Shown here: one piece after another, positions 1 through 17,914 of the stretch
How the letters are laid out: every line of letters begins with the position of its first letter
How positions within the stretch are numbered: position 1 is the first letter of the stretch
Assembly: GCF_009914755.1 (NCBI RefSeq)
Contig: NC_060934.1
DNA: 64,000 nucleotides
DNA from: the human T2T-CHM13v2.0 reference genome, Homo sapiens
Strand: one strand, 5' to 3'
Position numbers and translations under genes: made by a program
Notes under the pieces: model-generated
Told to the model about the DNA's origin: nothing
Seen by the model: the letters and a program-made list of their open reading frames with translations, nothing else
Database searches by the model: none

Positions 1-1
1 C

Positions 2-757
<756 letters not shown>

Positions 758-1045
758 TATCTGTTTTATTTGACTGCAGTCTCCTTGGTGCAAAAACAAA
801 ATGGGAAAAATAAGGATAACTCAGAATTTCAAAAGGAAATCACAAATTCAGCTAGTAATAGCATTTTCAGTACTTTTCGTAAACTAAGTGAATACACAAA
901 ATGTTGATTTTTCTGACCATAAGACATATTTTATGTCCTTTTGCCAAGGTGGATGTGTTAGTCTCAGGCCCTCCTGGCCACATTGCCCAAGTCACACAGG
1001 CTTCTGTATTATGTATTTAGATAAAATGTGTGAAAATATATTTGA

Positions 1046-1400
<355 letters not shown>

Positions 1401-1481
1401 CATGGCACCTCTCTTAATTTATAAATTGAACTGGATGTGAAGTAATAATGTCAGCTAGTTGAGATAAGAAGGTTACAGTTC

Positions 1482-2093
<612 letters not shown>

Positions 2094-2627
2094 AGAGGGT
2101 TACAGATCATTGCACATGGAAAATATTCCCAGCAGTAACCACTTCCATTAATGTGATCTACAGCTTTTAAAAAGGAGCATCTCAGAATAAGATGGTGGTA
2201 CAATTTGCTTATTGAGAAAGGAAAAAAAAAAAAACACGAGTATATTACAAAGGGAAAAGAAGGAATGTGATTTCTCATGATTGAAAGCTTGATTTAGATT
2301 GCATACAGCTTTTGCTACCCAAGACCAAGAGGCTCTGGCAAGACAGGGTGGTTTTCCGAATGCCAGACCGAGGTGCCTTATGAAGGCAGCTGCCGATGGT
2401 TCCAGATGTAGAGAGATAGGTGATGCAGGAGGGAAAGCTGGATTGGAAAAGGGAGAGTTTTGTAGATGGGCTACGCTCATTGTGCCTTTGAAAGAGCAGA
2501 GCCGGCAGCCTCTAGTCATCATTTGGATATACAGGACTAGAGCATGAATCTGATGTAGAGCTACAGAATGAAGAGCAACAGCAGCTGTTTAAACACCAAG
2601 AAAGTGTGTAGAATGAAATTGGACAAG

Positions 2628-3058
2628 CCAAGCATGGTGTTTTCATGCCTTTAGTCCTAGCTACTTTGGAGGCTGAGGTGGGGGAATTACTTGAGCTCAG
2701 CAGTTTGAGTCCAGCCTGGGCCAGATGGTGAGACCCTGTATCTTAAGAAAAGAAAAAATAAGACCAGGTGCAGTATCTCATGCCTGTAATCCCAGCACTT
2801 TGGGAGGCCAAGTTGAGAGGACTGCTCGAGTGTAGGACTTCAAGACCAGACTGGGCAATAAAGTGAGACCCATTTTTACCAAAAAAAAATCAAGAAATTA
2901 GCTGGACATGGTGGCACATGCCTGTGGCCTCAGCTACATGGCATGGCAGGCTGAGGCAGGAAGATCACTTGAGCCCAGGAGGTGGAGGCTGCAGTGACCC
3001 ATATTCATGCCACTGCACTCCAGCCTGGGCAACAGAGTGAGACCCTCTCTCAAAAACA
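2628..3058 (+). mobile_element. Alu monomer (FLAM/FRAM-like, ~2628-2760) followed by an AluJ-like element (~2762-3058)
   Basis: Diverged Alu consensus motifs (TGCCTGTAATCCCAGCACTTTGGGAGG, CACTGCACTCCAGCCTGGG). Confidence 0.85.
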
Positions 3059-3587
3059 GATAAAGTGGACAGAAAATAGGTCAGTAAGGACTAATCATTT
3101 AAGGGACAAGCCCCCAGAAGAGTGGCTACTAGAGTGGGAGGAGGAAAAGCAGAAGGAGAAAGAGTTGAAGATAGGCGAGGCTGTGGTCCCAGTGCTGAAT
3201 TCTGCCAAGCAGTGACTTGATTCATGAACACTCACTGGATGCTGACTCTGTTGCTCTTCTGAGTGCTGGGGTAGAGGAGAGGAGAGGTGGAGCACAGTTC
3301 TTGCTTTTATGAGCTTATGTTCTAGGAAGTTCAAGTATTTTTTCAGGTAGTATGAAATAGCAGGAAGAGGAAGCAGGCTAAAGGGACACAGAGTGATTGG
3401 GGGCTATTTTAAGTAGAATGATAAGGAAGAGCCTGTCTAGAGAGCTATTTGAACAGTGACCTGACTGAAGGGACAACAGAAAGCAGTGTTGACATTACAG
3501 GTAGCAGGATGACTGCCAAGACAGAAACGCATTTCATATGTGTTTGAGGAACAAACAGCAAGGTGACCAGCATGGGGAGAGTGAAGA

Positions 3588-4245
<658 letters not shown>

Positions 4246-4254
4246 CAGGACAGG

Positions 4255-5786
<1,532 letters not shown>

Positions 5787-5849
5787 TGAAAAAAAATTTT
5801 AAAGTTTGAGAAAATACAAAATTTTCATAGTCTCCAAGTATTTCTCCTA

Positions 5850-6500
5850 AGATCTTTCCCCCTATGAGGGGGAAAGATAGTAACTTTACAATGGAGAAAC
5901 CCAGCAGAAACCTGAACCAAATGAACAAGTTCAACATCATCAGTAAGAAGAACTATCAATGCCATAACTCTGATGGAATGCACTGGGAAGGATTCCGCAT
6001 CATTTTTGTGCTGTAATTGCCAAAAGTTCGTAACTTCAGTCCAATCATGGAAATACATCAGACAATCCCAAATCGAGGAACATTTCACAAATACTGATCA
6101 GTACTGGTTCAAGATGTCACGGTTATGAAAGATAAGGAAAGATTGAGGAACTGTTATTGCAGTCCTACAAAACGGCGAGAGACTAAGAAATAACTAAATG
6201 CAGCGTGATCCTGGGTGGAATTTGGGAACAGAAAAAGGACATTAGTGGAAAAAGTGGTGAAACTCCAATAAGGTCTTTTGTTTAGCGAATATGTTCATTT
6301 TAAATCAGTTAAATTATTTAAATATATTTAAACATTAGTTAAATGTATGTAATTAAATTAATAAAATTGGTTATTTTGTGAAATAATTTTAATATAGTTA
6401 AATATGAGAATGTGGATTTCCTGGTTCTGATCACCGTACTGTGGCTATCTAAGAGGTGCATGTTCAGGGAGGCTGGGGGAGGAATAAATGGACATTATAC
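5850..6500 (+). mobile_element. Old L1MC/MD-type 3' fragment
   Basis: GATAGTAACTTTACAATGGAGAAACC and GGAACAGAAAAAGGACATTAGTGGAAAA motifs typical of L1MC 3' ends. Confidence 0.65.
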
Positions 6501-7134
6501 TATTAAGTTGGAAGAGAGAAACCTACCCCATCAGTCACAAAACCCTCACATTCATGGCAGTGTGTCGGACGTTGCAGTATGAATGGCATTTCCCAGATGT
6601 CAGCGCGAGGTCCCTGTGGAGGGAGTGGGGCTCCCTGGGAATCTAGTGGAGAGCATTCGGGGCTCCCTTCCTCAGGAGCCTGCCCTTCCTGCACAGAAGC
6701 GTCAGCCTCACCTCTGTACCACTGCCCCTCTGCCTCTCAGAACCCACTCGGCTTCAGGAAGATTCTACTGCCAGCCTCCTTTCCCAGATACAGCCTCCAG
6801 GGACTCAGCCCTGCCTTCCCAAGTGTTCCCGCCTCTCTTGGGAAGGGGTGCTCTCAGATCCCACACCCCTGGACTTCCCCGGGCACCACCTGCTCCTTCT
6901 TCACTTCTCCAGCTCTGCGTTCTCACTCTGAGGGTCCTCTCCTGCTGGGAGTGTGTGTTGCTGGCAACAGTGAAGATTCCCCCCTGGGTTGCCCCCCATG
7001 CCCTGTTCTTCTGCACTTCCCTGGCTTCCTGCGTTGGTTCTGCTGGTGTCTCCTGCTTTTGGGTTTACGTGGCTTCCCAGCTTCCTAATTTCTCTGAAGT
7101 TGAGTTTGATGTGTGTATTGATGATGGGCTTTTT

Positions 7135-7173
7135 CCTCCTCCTCCTCCTCCTCCTCCTCCTCCTCTTCCTCCT
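7135..7173. repeat. (CCT)n microsatellite
   Basis: Direct inspection. Confidence 0.95.
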
Positions 7174-7175
7174 CA

Positions 7176-7576
<401 letters not shown>

Positions 7577-10500
7577 CCGTGTTTCTATCAGACCCAGAAA
7601 TCCCGCAGAGTGAGCTGGAATTCTCTGTTTATCTGTTTCCCCTTCATACCCACTGGCTCCTCTCTGCCCGCTCCTTGGACTGCATCAGCAGGGTGCCTCA
7701 CTGTCTGGCCCTAGTGGAATTCACACAGTGGAGGACGTCATAGGAGGTGGGAGAGAGAGAGAGAGAGGAGAGGTGGTTATTCACTCAGATTCTTCCTTGC
7801 TGGTTTGGCAGTGGCCACATCTTTCTACTGATGGCTGCAGCTCCTGATGATCCTCCTCTACAGCCACAGCTCTCTTTGGGATCTGTGGACACCTTTCCTG
7901 TCCCTCTAGACCCAGGGAGATAACAGCTCCCACTCTTGCTGGTCCAGGACATTCCTCATCTCTTACTGGTTCCCTTAACTCGGTCCACACTTCTGTGAAC
8001 AGCCCCTTTCCTCAAGTACCCATTCGAATATGTCCTCTGGCTTCCACCAGGAGCCTGACTGATACCCACAGGTGGGTGAATGCTGGCGTGCTGCTGGGCC
8101 CCTCTTCCTCTGGTGACTGGCCAGCCAAGTCTCCAGGAGTCTCGTTAGGGTGGGCAGGCGGTGGGCACAGCATAAACTGTGAGCTCAAATCCACAGAACA
8201 AAAGTGGGAGAAGACACTGGCAGGATGGACCGCCACAAAACTCTTGGCATTCGTGACGTCTGTCCTTTAAATCACGCAAGGCATCATCATGCTTCAGACA
8301 TGAGACAGCCTAAGTATTTAAGTGTTTCAAATAAACAAATTGTTTTTCAGAATTGGTAATTGCTAAGTTGGCAAATTGCTATTGGAAACATTGGCTGTCC
8401 TCGACTCAATGATTCAGCCAGCTAGTCCCTTGCCAAACTAGTTTGTTGGGCAAATTCCACCTTGAGAATTTATCTGCTCCTGTCAAAGCCAGATTCTCCC
8501 TGCCTGAGGGGAGGCTGGACTTGACCTTCTGACTCAGGATATGCTGACTTGGGTCCCTAGGTCCAAGGGCGGCCCTCTTGGGCCCACTGTGGGCTGGACC
8601 TCTTCCATGATGGGGTGGTGGAGGGCAGGCCCCACCTGATTCACACTTGACCTCATCCAGGCAGGTGAAGTTCCCTGCAGGAGTCACCTGAGCCCAGCCC
8701 CTCAGACCAGGATCCATCATGTTTAGGAGGATTTGGGGCTATCTCATGTTCTTTGGCTAGAAAGGGGTCCCACTCTTAGGGGTCTGCCCTCTGTGGGGCA
8801 CAGATGGCTTGCTGGGGCCCATGGACGGGGCTGGGTGAACGGGAATCTGGTCACAGCAGCAGCAGCTGGAAGGCCAAGAGGGAGGGCACCAGGGCCTGGG
8901 ACCCATGTCTTGTCCTGAGCCTCCCCGGGCCTCTTGCCTTCTCCCCAGCAGGCATTTGGGATCTGTGTCTGGACCCAGCCTCACCCAGAAGGCCATGGTG
9001 TGTTGTCATTAGAATCACAGTGCTCACACCAAGGCAGTGCATTAAATTAGCAGGGCAGGGTCTCATGGGCAGGGGACCATGTGGAGGGGGTGGGGGGAAG
9101 GGCAGTTGTCCCCAGAGGCCGTGGTGGGCCTGGCTCTGGGCTGGGCAGTGGGCCAGGGTCCTGCTGTGTGGATGAGCTCTGACAACAGGCTGTCTGGGTC
9201 TGGTGAGCTCCTGAAAGCGCGGACTGGTGGAGAGTACCCTAGGGTGGGAGCTCATGAGGAGGGGGTCTGTGGGGTCTGGAAGCCATTCTAGAGCAGGCAG
9301 ATGACATTTATCAGGGGAGCAGGCATAGAAAGGACCCTTGTGCGAGTGGGGGGGACACAGCCTCAGAAGAAACAGGGAAGGGGCTTTGACAGGTCCAGGG
9401 AGAATCCCTGAGGTTTCCTAGAACAATTCCCACCAGCCATGTCCCAGGTGTCGCCCCATCCCCCAGGCCTCTGCAGTGCCAGCCCAATGCCCTGGGCAAA
9501 GCATCCTGGACTCTGGCTGTTACAAAAGGAGGACAGGGTCATCTGGACCCGCCTGAGCTCCAGGCCCCCGACTTTCACAGCCCCTTCTGGGTCCAGAAGT
9601 TCATACGTATATAAATGAAAAATGTGCAAGAATCATATTATTGTATTCTTTTTCATAAAGAGGCCCCTCTAAATTGTTGAAGCCCCGATTCACCCCTGCC
9701 CAAAGGAGACAGCAATGGCATGTGTGGGGCCACAGTCTTGAGACCCAGAGGTCCTGCTGCCCACGATACCCACTGTCCACCCTAGGGTTACTGGCCGTAG
9801 CCCTGGAGCCCGCAAACACCATGCAGGAATGCAAGAGGGTCTCAGCTCCAGAGTCCCAGGCTGGGAGGGCCCACAGTCCAGTAAACTAATCAGGCCCTGA
9901 CACATCCAGGAGAGCAGCTCCAGGAGCCTGCATTGGGGAGACAGCCTCGGACCCCTGCCACAGGCCTGCACCCCAGAAGTAGGAGCATGGGAAGACCTCT
10001 CCTTGGCTCCTGGCCAGCAGAAGTCACATTCCCCAGCCCTCTGGCTCCAAGGCAGCCTCACGTCCCAGTCACTCCTTGGCACACCCTACCGGTTGGTCAG
10101 AGCTCACTGCCAAAGGGCACCTCAATGATGAGTGGAGGGAACAGGTGTTTACCAGGAGCTTGCATGCTTTGTCTCAGGGATGATTAGGGACACAGCCAAG
10201 AAGGCACGCTATGCCCATTTTACAGATGAGGAAACGGAGGCTCAGGTTGGGCTGGTGACTAAGGGAAGCAGCATGTGGCAGGTGGCTTGAGGCATGTCTG
10301 TCCATCATGAGTAACTAGGGAGCAGCCCTGCCACTCCTCATGCGATGCACCAGGAGCCAGGGAAGCTGCTTTCTAGGGGATTCTAGCTAAGGCCAGAAGC
10401 ATCTCCCTGAGTGGTGGTGGAGGCCTCTGTCTACTCCTCCAGGACTGCCAGGGGATAGGAGGGCACCGCTGACCTCACAGAGCCTCTTGGGTGAGTGAGC

Positions 10501-10983
10501 ATCAGCTGAGTGACACCAGGTGACTACGCTTCTGCCCAGTGCTGTGCCCCCCTCTGACTCAGGCAAGGCACCACCCTGAACGGCCCACCCTGTCCCATGG
10601 AGGCCGCAAACTGCTCTGCAGAGCCAGGGTCTCCAGGAATGGGGAGGGCAGTCACCCTCATTCCACTTGTGTTCATGACCCAAAGGACTGCCCAGGTCTC
10701 CAGGCCCATAGAACCCCCAAACCTCTTACTAGGCCACACTGGGGACCTTGAGCAGCAGGCTTGGAATCCTAGGCCTTGTCTCCAGGTACATATCAGTACC
10801 CAGGCTTGGGAAGCTTTGGTCTCAGGGGGGCTGGCACTCAGGCCCTCTGCCTCAAGGAAGAAGCATGTCCAGATCTCTACTGTCCAGCCCTGCTCCCTGC
10901 CCCTATCCTTCACGGGGTCCCTAGGACAGGGTTACAGAAGCCTCATGCTGTCAGGGGATGCTGCCACCCTAGTTCCAGGGTGG

Positions 10984-11102
10984 CTCCGCCCAGCCCCTTC
11001 CTGCTGCCGCCCTCACTGACTCACCTGTCCAGCCTCCTACTGGGCTGGGGTGAGGGCTTATTGCCCCAGAGCCTAGACAGGCACCAGAGGCAGCTATAAA
11101 AG
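10984..11102 (+). promoter_or_regulatory. FAM25 proximal promoter: GC box, AP-1 site and TATA box
   Basis: CTCCGCCC at 10984-10991, TGACTCA at 11017-11023, TATAAAAG at 11095-11102. The TATA starts 60 nt upstream of the ATG at 11155. Confidence 0.75.
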
Positions 11103-11649
11103 CATGTTGGGCCAGTCCTCAGCATCCTAGTTTGCCACTGTCTGCTGCCACACGATGCTGGGAGGCCTGGGGAAGCTGGCTGCCGAGGGCCTGGCCCACC
11201 GCACCGAGAAGGCCACCTAGGGAGCCAGTGAGGACCCGGGGCTCCTTTCTACCTGGGCTGGGGGGATCTGGGGCAGACTGAGTCTGTGGGAGGCGGATCT
11301 ACGTAGGCAGGCGAGGACCTGCGGAGAGGCCTTGGCCCCTCAGGAACCCTGGTCTCCTGCTCTACCAAGTCAGCACGGAGTTGAGGGGTGCAGACCTGGG
11401 GAGGTCTCCTGGGGGCAGGGCATGAGTCCTGGTGCTGGGTGAACACTGGCAGCTTGGACCCTTCCCTCTGGAAATCTGGGGAGCCTTTCTTGTCAAAACA
11501 GCCTATTCTGAATAACCTATGCAGGAAAAGGAAGATGGATTTTTATTTTTACCATAACTTTAAAGCTTCAAAGATTTCTTAACAAGTCACCAAGTCTGTT
11601 CAAAGTCAAAAAGGGCATTTTCAATTTCATCCAAGTCCCCTAAAGCATG

Positions 11650-11958
11650 TTTATTTTTATTTGTATTTGTATTTGAAATGGAGTCTTGCTCTGGCACCCA
11701 GGCTGGAGTGTAGTGGTGCGATCTCGGCTCACTGTAACCTTTGCCTCCTGGGTTCAAAGTGATTCTCATGCCTCAGCCTCCTGAGTAGCTGGGATTACAG
11801 GCACCCACCACCACGCCCGACTAATTTTTGTATTTTTAGCAGAGACGGGGTTTCGCCATTTTGGCCAGGCTGGTCTCAAACTCCTGACCTCAAGTGATCC
11901 ATTCCTCTTGGCCTCCCAAAGTGCTGGGATTACAGGCGTGAACCACTGCACCTGGTCC
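11650..11958 (-). mobile_element. AluS, antisense, in FAM25 intron 1
   Basis: Alu consensus. Confidence 0.92.
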
Positions 11959-12165
11959 CGAAGTGTATGTTGTATTCAGAGGTCAGCAGGTATGTGTGGG
12001 GAGGCCCAGCCAGGCCCCACTCATGGGTCATCGTGTGAAAAAGTCTTGCCTGAGTTTGTGTCCTCTTTCTAAATGGCAGCAGATGCGTATTTTGTTTTTG
12101 ACTCTGCAGCTGGTGTGGACCACCTGCTTTAACCTTTCACTAGCCTCTGAGTTTTTTATGATTCC

Positions 12166-12503
12166 TGTTGGGAGAAAAGCTCAGCGTTGGGAGAAAAGCT
12201 GAGGCAGGGCTTGCTAGACTTGCTGGCTCCTTGCTTCTAGCACTGCCATTCTCTCAAGTAGCCATATGTTTCTCATTCATTTGATACACTGTTGCCTTTC
12301 AACCTCCACATCCTCACCACCTGTTTCTTTGTTAGATCACCAATAAATAGCGTGGGCTCCCAGAACTCGGGGCCTTCGCAGCCTCCACACTCGCGATAGC
12401 GCCCTGCTCCCATTTTCTCTCTCGAACTGTCTCTTTCTCATTCCTTTGACTCCGCTGGACTTGCCGCCCCCGTGACCTGGTGTTGGGTCTCATCATCCCA
12501 ACA
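12166..12503 (+). mobile_element. Solo LTR of HERV-K (betaretrovirus-like) class, probably LTR14A
   Basis: Inverted termini TGTTGGG...CCCAACA, 6-bp TSD GATTCC (12160-12165 and 12504-12509), and AATAAA at 12342-12347. Subfamily from memory of the consensus. Confidence 0.85.
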
Positions 12504-13025
12504 GATTCCCATTCTAAAGATGAGGGAACCAAGAGGTGGAAGGTAGAGTTAGAATAAGAACCATTTCTTCTGACTCTGAAATCCTTCAGTTCTAGCACAC
12601 TACCACCCACACTTTAAAAAACTCTGAAGTAGGCAGAGAATTCCGTTTTGTTGGAGGAATTGCTTTGAGAGACCTGGTCTTACTGGATGAGGCTTTGGAA
12701 ACCAACCTGAGGCAGGCGCTAGCACATCCTGAGAGGGGTGTGACCTGGCACACAGGCCCAGCCTGGGCTTCATGTCTCAGCTGGCAAGACTGCCTGCTCA
12801 TTGCCATTCCAGGCCGGGCAGGGCCAAGGGGCTTCAGGGACCCATGCCCTCATGGGGCTCATTGAGCTCGTCTCCCAGCAGCCAAGGCCCTGGCATCTCC
12901 AAATGAAGCCAGCTGTGGGGGAAGGTCCTTCTCATGAGCCAGTCTGTCCTGGCTGGGGGTGGCACCCCAGAGCCCCATCTAGGATGCCCAGGGATGTATA
13001 GGTCTGTTGTGAGGATAAGCCAGCC

Positions 13026-13254
<229 letters not shown>

Positions 13255-13511
13255 TGAGGTCGGGCAGGGAAGGAGGGAGGGAGGAAGGGAAGCTAGGTGC
13301 TGGGCCAACCTGTTCTTTGACTAACCAGGTCAAACTCTGCCCCTAATGTTGCAGCCTTTCAGAGCCTCTTGGCTGGGGCAGTTATCTATGCTCATCAGAG
13401 GCCACAGACTGTACTGCGTTAGGACACTGTCCAGATGGTTCTCTCTGTGGAATAAGAAGACAAAGTCACACAAGACTATGTGACAGCACACTGGGACAAA
13501 ACATTTAACAT

Positions 13512-14157
<646 letters not shown>

Positions 14158-14280
14158 CTATGAGTAGTACTATGTACAAAGCATGTGTATATCTCATTCC
14201 TTTTCAACAAAATAGATTCCAGGTAGATGAAGGACTTACATTTACATAAATGAATTTATTAACTTACTAGGAGATAACCA

Positions 14281-14912
<632 letters not shown>

Positions 14913-15288
14913 ATAACTTCAGAGACTTTGGCCTAATCTTGGAGAGGGGAGAATCTTTAGAACTATGACAAAAAAATCAGCGCCATAAAGGAAATATTAA
15001 GTAAATTTGACAATCCAAAACTGAAATTTTCTATAGCCAAAAAAAAAAAAAACACTATAAACCAAGCCAAAAGAAAAATTATACACTGATGAAAAATATT
15101 TGTCATAAAAATGATAATCCAGTATAACAACCCAATATAAAAATGGTCAAAAGACATAAGCAGGCATTTTCCAGAAAAAAGGATAAGCAGGCAATGTACC
15201 CATGAGTAGATGCTCAGTCTCACTCACAGTTGAAGAAATGCAAGTTGTTGGGGAAATTAAAACCAAATTCAAATTCATTCTGCAGTAA

Positions 15289-15549
<261 letters not shown>

Positions 15550-15659
15550 TGAGTGCACCTGCTACCACGGCCCTTCCCCAGTCTCAATAAAAAGCCATGA
15601 CGTGTACATTGAGCGCTGGATTTATTCCCATTTGGATGGAAACACTAGGCAAAGTATTT

Positions 15660-16210
<551 letters not shown>

Positions 16211-16701
16211 GTGAAGTATTTTTCAACAGAAACACTTTGCATGTCCCCCGTGTCTCCTCTGCTGAGGTGGACACTGGCACTGGGGCCCCTGCTGCTGGTT
16301 GGATAGGTCCTCATGATGAATCAGATGCTTCTCTGTCATGCTAAGTAAGATCTTTCATGTCAGGAAGGGGCTCTTCTGGAAGAATAGTTAGTGTCTGTGC
16401 TACATTTCCTAAAAAACTGTTTCCCCAGAAACTATATACAGCTTTCAGGTGCCTCAGTGCTTCAAGACATGCTAAGGGAGGACCCTCATTTGTCTTGCAT
16501 GTTTTTGGGATTTTTCTTGAGATGTTCTTGCAGGACTCAGGGCAGATAACAGACCAGCTTGATGAAGAATTTAGCAAGGAAGGCCCCCACTGAGCTGCTT
16601 CCTGTTCTCGCAGAGATCAGATAAGCATTTCTGCTGGACAGTTACAGAATCTGGTCAAGGAGAGACTGAGTCACTGCTCATCATCCTAGAAGCTGCTGTT
16701 G

Positions 16702-16996
<295 letters not shown>

Positions 16997-17084
16997 CAGA
17001 ATATTTATTTAGAGACTGATGTCAGGCCTAAGTGTTGATAGTGGGTAGTAGTGGGCAAGATGCCTGGCCCTCTCTCTTTCTTCT

Positions 17085-17381
17085 CATGAGAGAAGGTGGA
17101 ATGCCTTCCACCAAAGAAACGAGACCTCCCCATGACCAGCTGCTCCACTAACCACACATCCTCCAGTGATGCCTCTGAATGGTCCCGAGGGGCTGTGGTG
17201 GCTGGGCAGAGCCAGGCAGGAGCCAGAGTCAGCCTGGGGGGTGATGGAGCTGAGGCCATCACCGGTCTGACAGTGGACCAGTATGGCATGCTGTATAAGG
17301 TGGCTGTGCCGCCTGCCACCTTCTCACCAACTGGCCTCCCATCTGTGATGAATATGAGCCCCTTGCCCCCGGAAAAAAAAA
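17085..17381 (+). pseudogene. Fragment of the ATXN1L (ataxin-1-like) 5' coding region followed by an A9 tract
   Basis: 17099-17371 translates to ECLPPKKRDLPMTSCSTNHTSSSDASEWSRGAVVAGQSQAGARVSLGGDGAEAITGLTVDQYGMLYKVAVPPATFSPTGLPSVMNMSPLPP. This matches the ATXN1L N-terminus as I recall it, minus an in-frame 8-aa segment (EDMGRTTS). A9 at 17373-17381. Confidence 0.85.
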
Positions 17382-17441
17382 TAATATTGCATATACAGTT
17401 GATTAAATGGCATACTCCATGGCTATTAGGAGTGATGAAAA

Positions 17442-17545
17442 TGGGCTGGGTGCGGTGGCTCATGCCTGTAATCCCAGCACTTTGGTAGGCCAAGGTGGGC
17501 AGATCACCTGAGGTCGGGAGTTTGAGACCAGCCTAATCAACATGG
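17442..17545 (+). mobile_element. Truncated Alu left-monomer fragment
   Basis: GGCTGGGTGCGGTGGCTCATGCC...AACATGG, followed by an abrupt end. Confidence 0.9.
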
Positions 17546-17893
17546 AGCTGTGTTTACTGAGTGGGGCTTTCGCAGGCTGGAGCTAAGAATTTCCAGTATG
17601 CGTAACAGCCACAGCCCAAATATCTGCCAGTGAGTTGTGTAATTCCCCAGAGCAGGCCTGGGCAGTGTCTGGGTGGGGCCTGGGAGCCACAGGAGACGCC
17701 CAAAGCCAGGCAGAGCCCGGGGGCGAGGGGGCGGCAGGCAGGTGTAGCGCTGCCCTGGGAGGGCTTGCACCCCCACACCCAAGTGAGCGGCCTGCTCACT
17801 CCTCAGCTGCAGGAGCCAGACGTGTGGAGTCCCAGCAGAGGCCAACCTGTGTCTCTTCATCTCCGTGAGAAAGGTGCCCCCGAAGTGAAAGAG
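17546..17893 (+). promoter_or_regulatory. ANXA8-type TATA-less promoter and 5'UTR
   Basis: Lies directly upstream of the ATG at 17894. Contains TGTTTAC (FOX) at 17551-17557, TTGTGTAAT (C/EBP-like) at 17635-17643, a GC-rich tract at 17715-17735, and CCCCACACCC (KLF) at 17771-17780. Confidence 0.6.
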
Positions 17894-17914
17894 ATGGCCT
17901 GGTGGAAAGCCTGG
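17894..17914 (+). CDS. ANXA8L1: ANXA8L1 coding exon 1 (MAWWKAW)
   Basis: ATG at 17894; donor TGG|GTAAGT. Confidence 0.93.
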
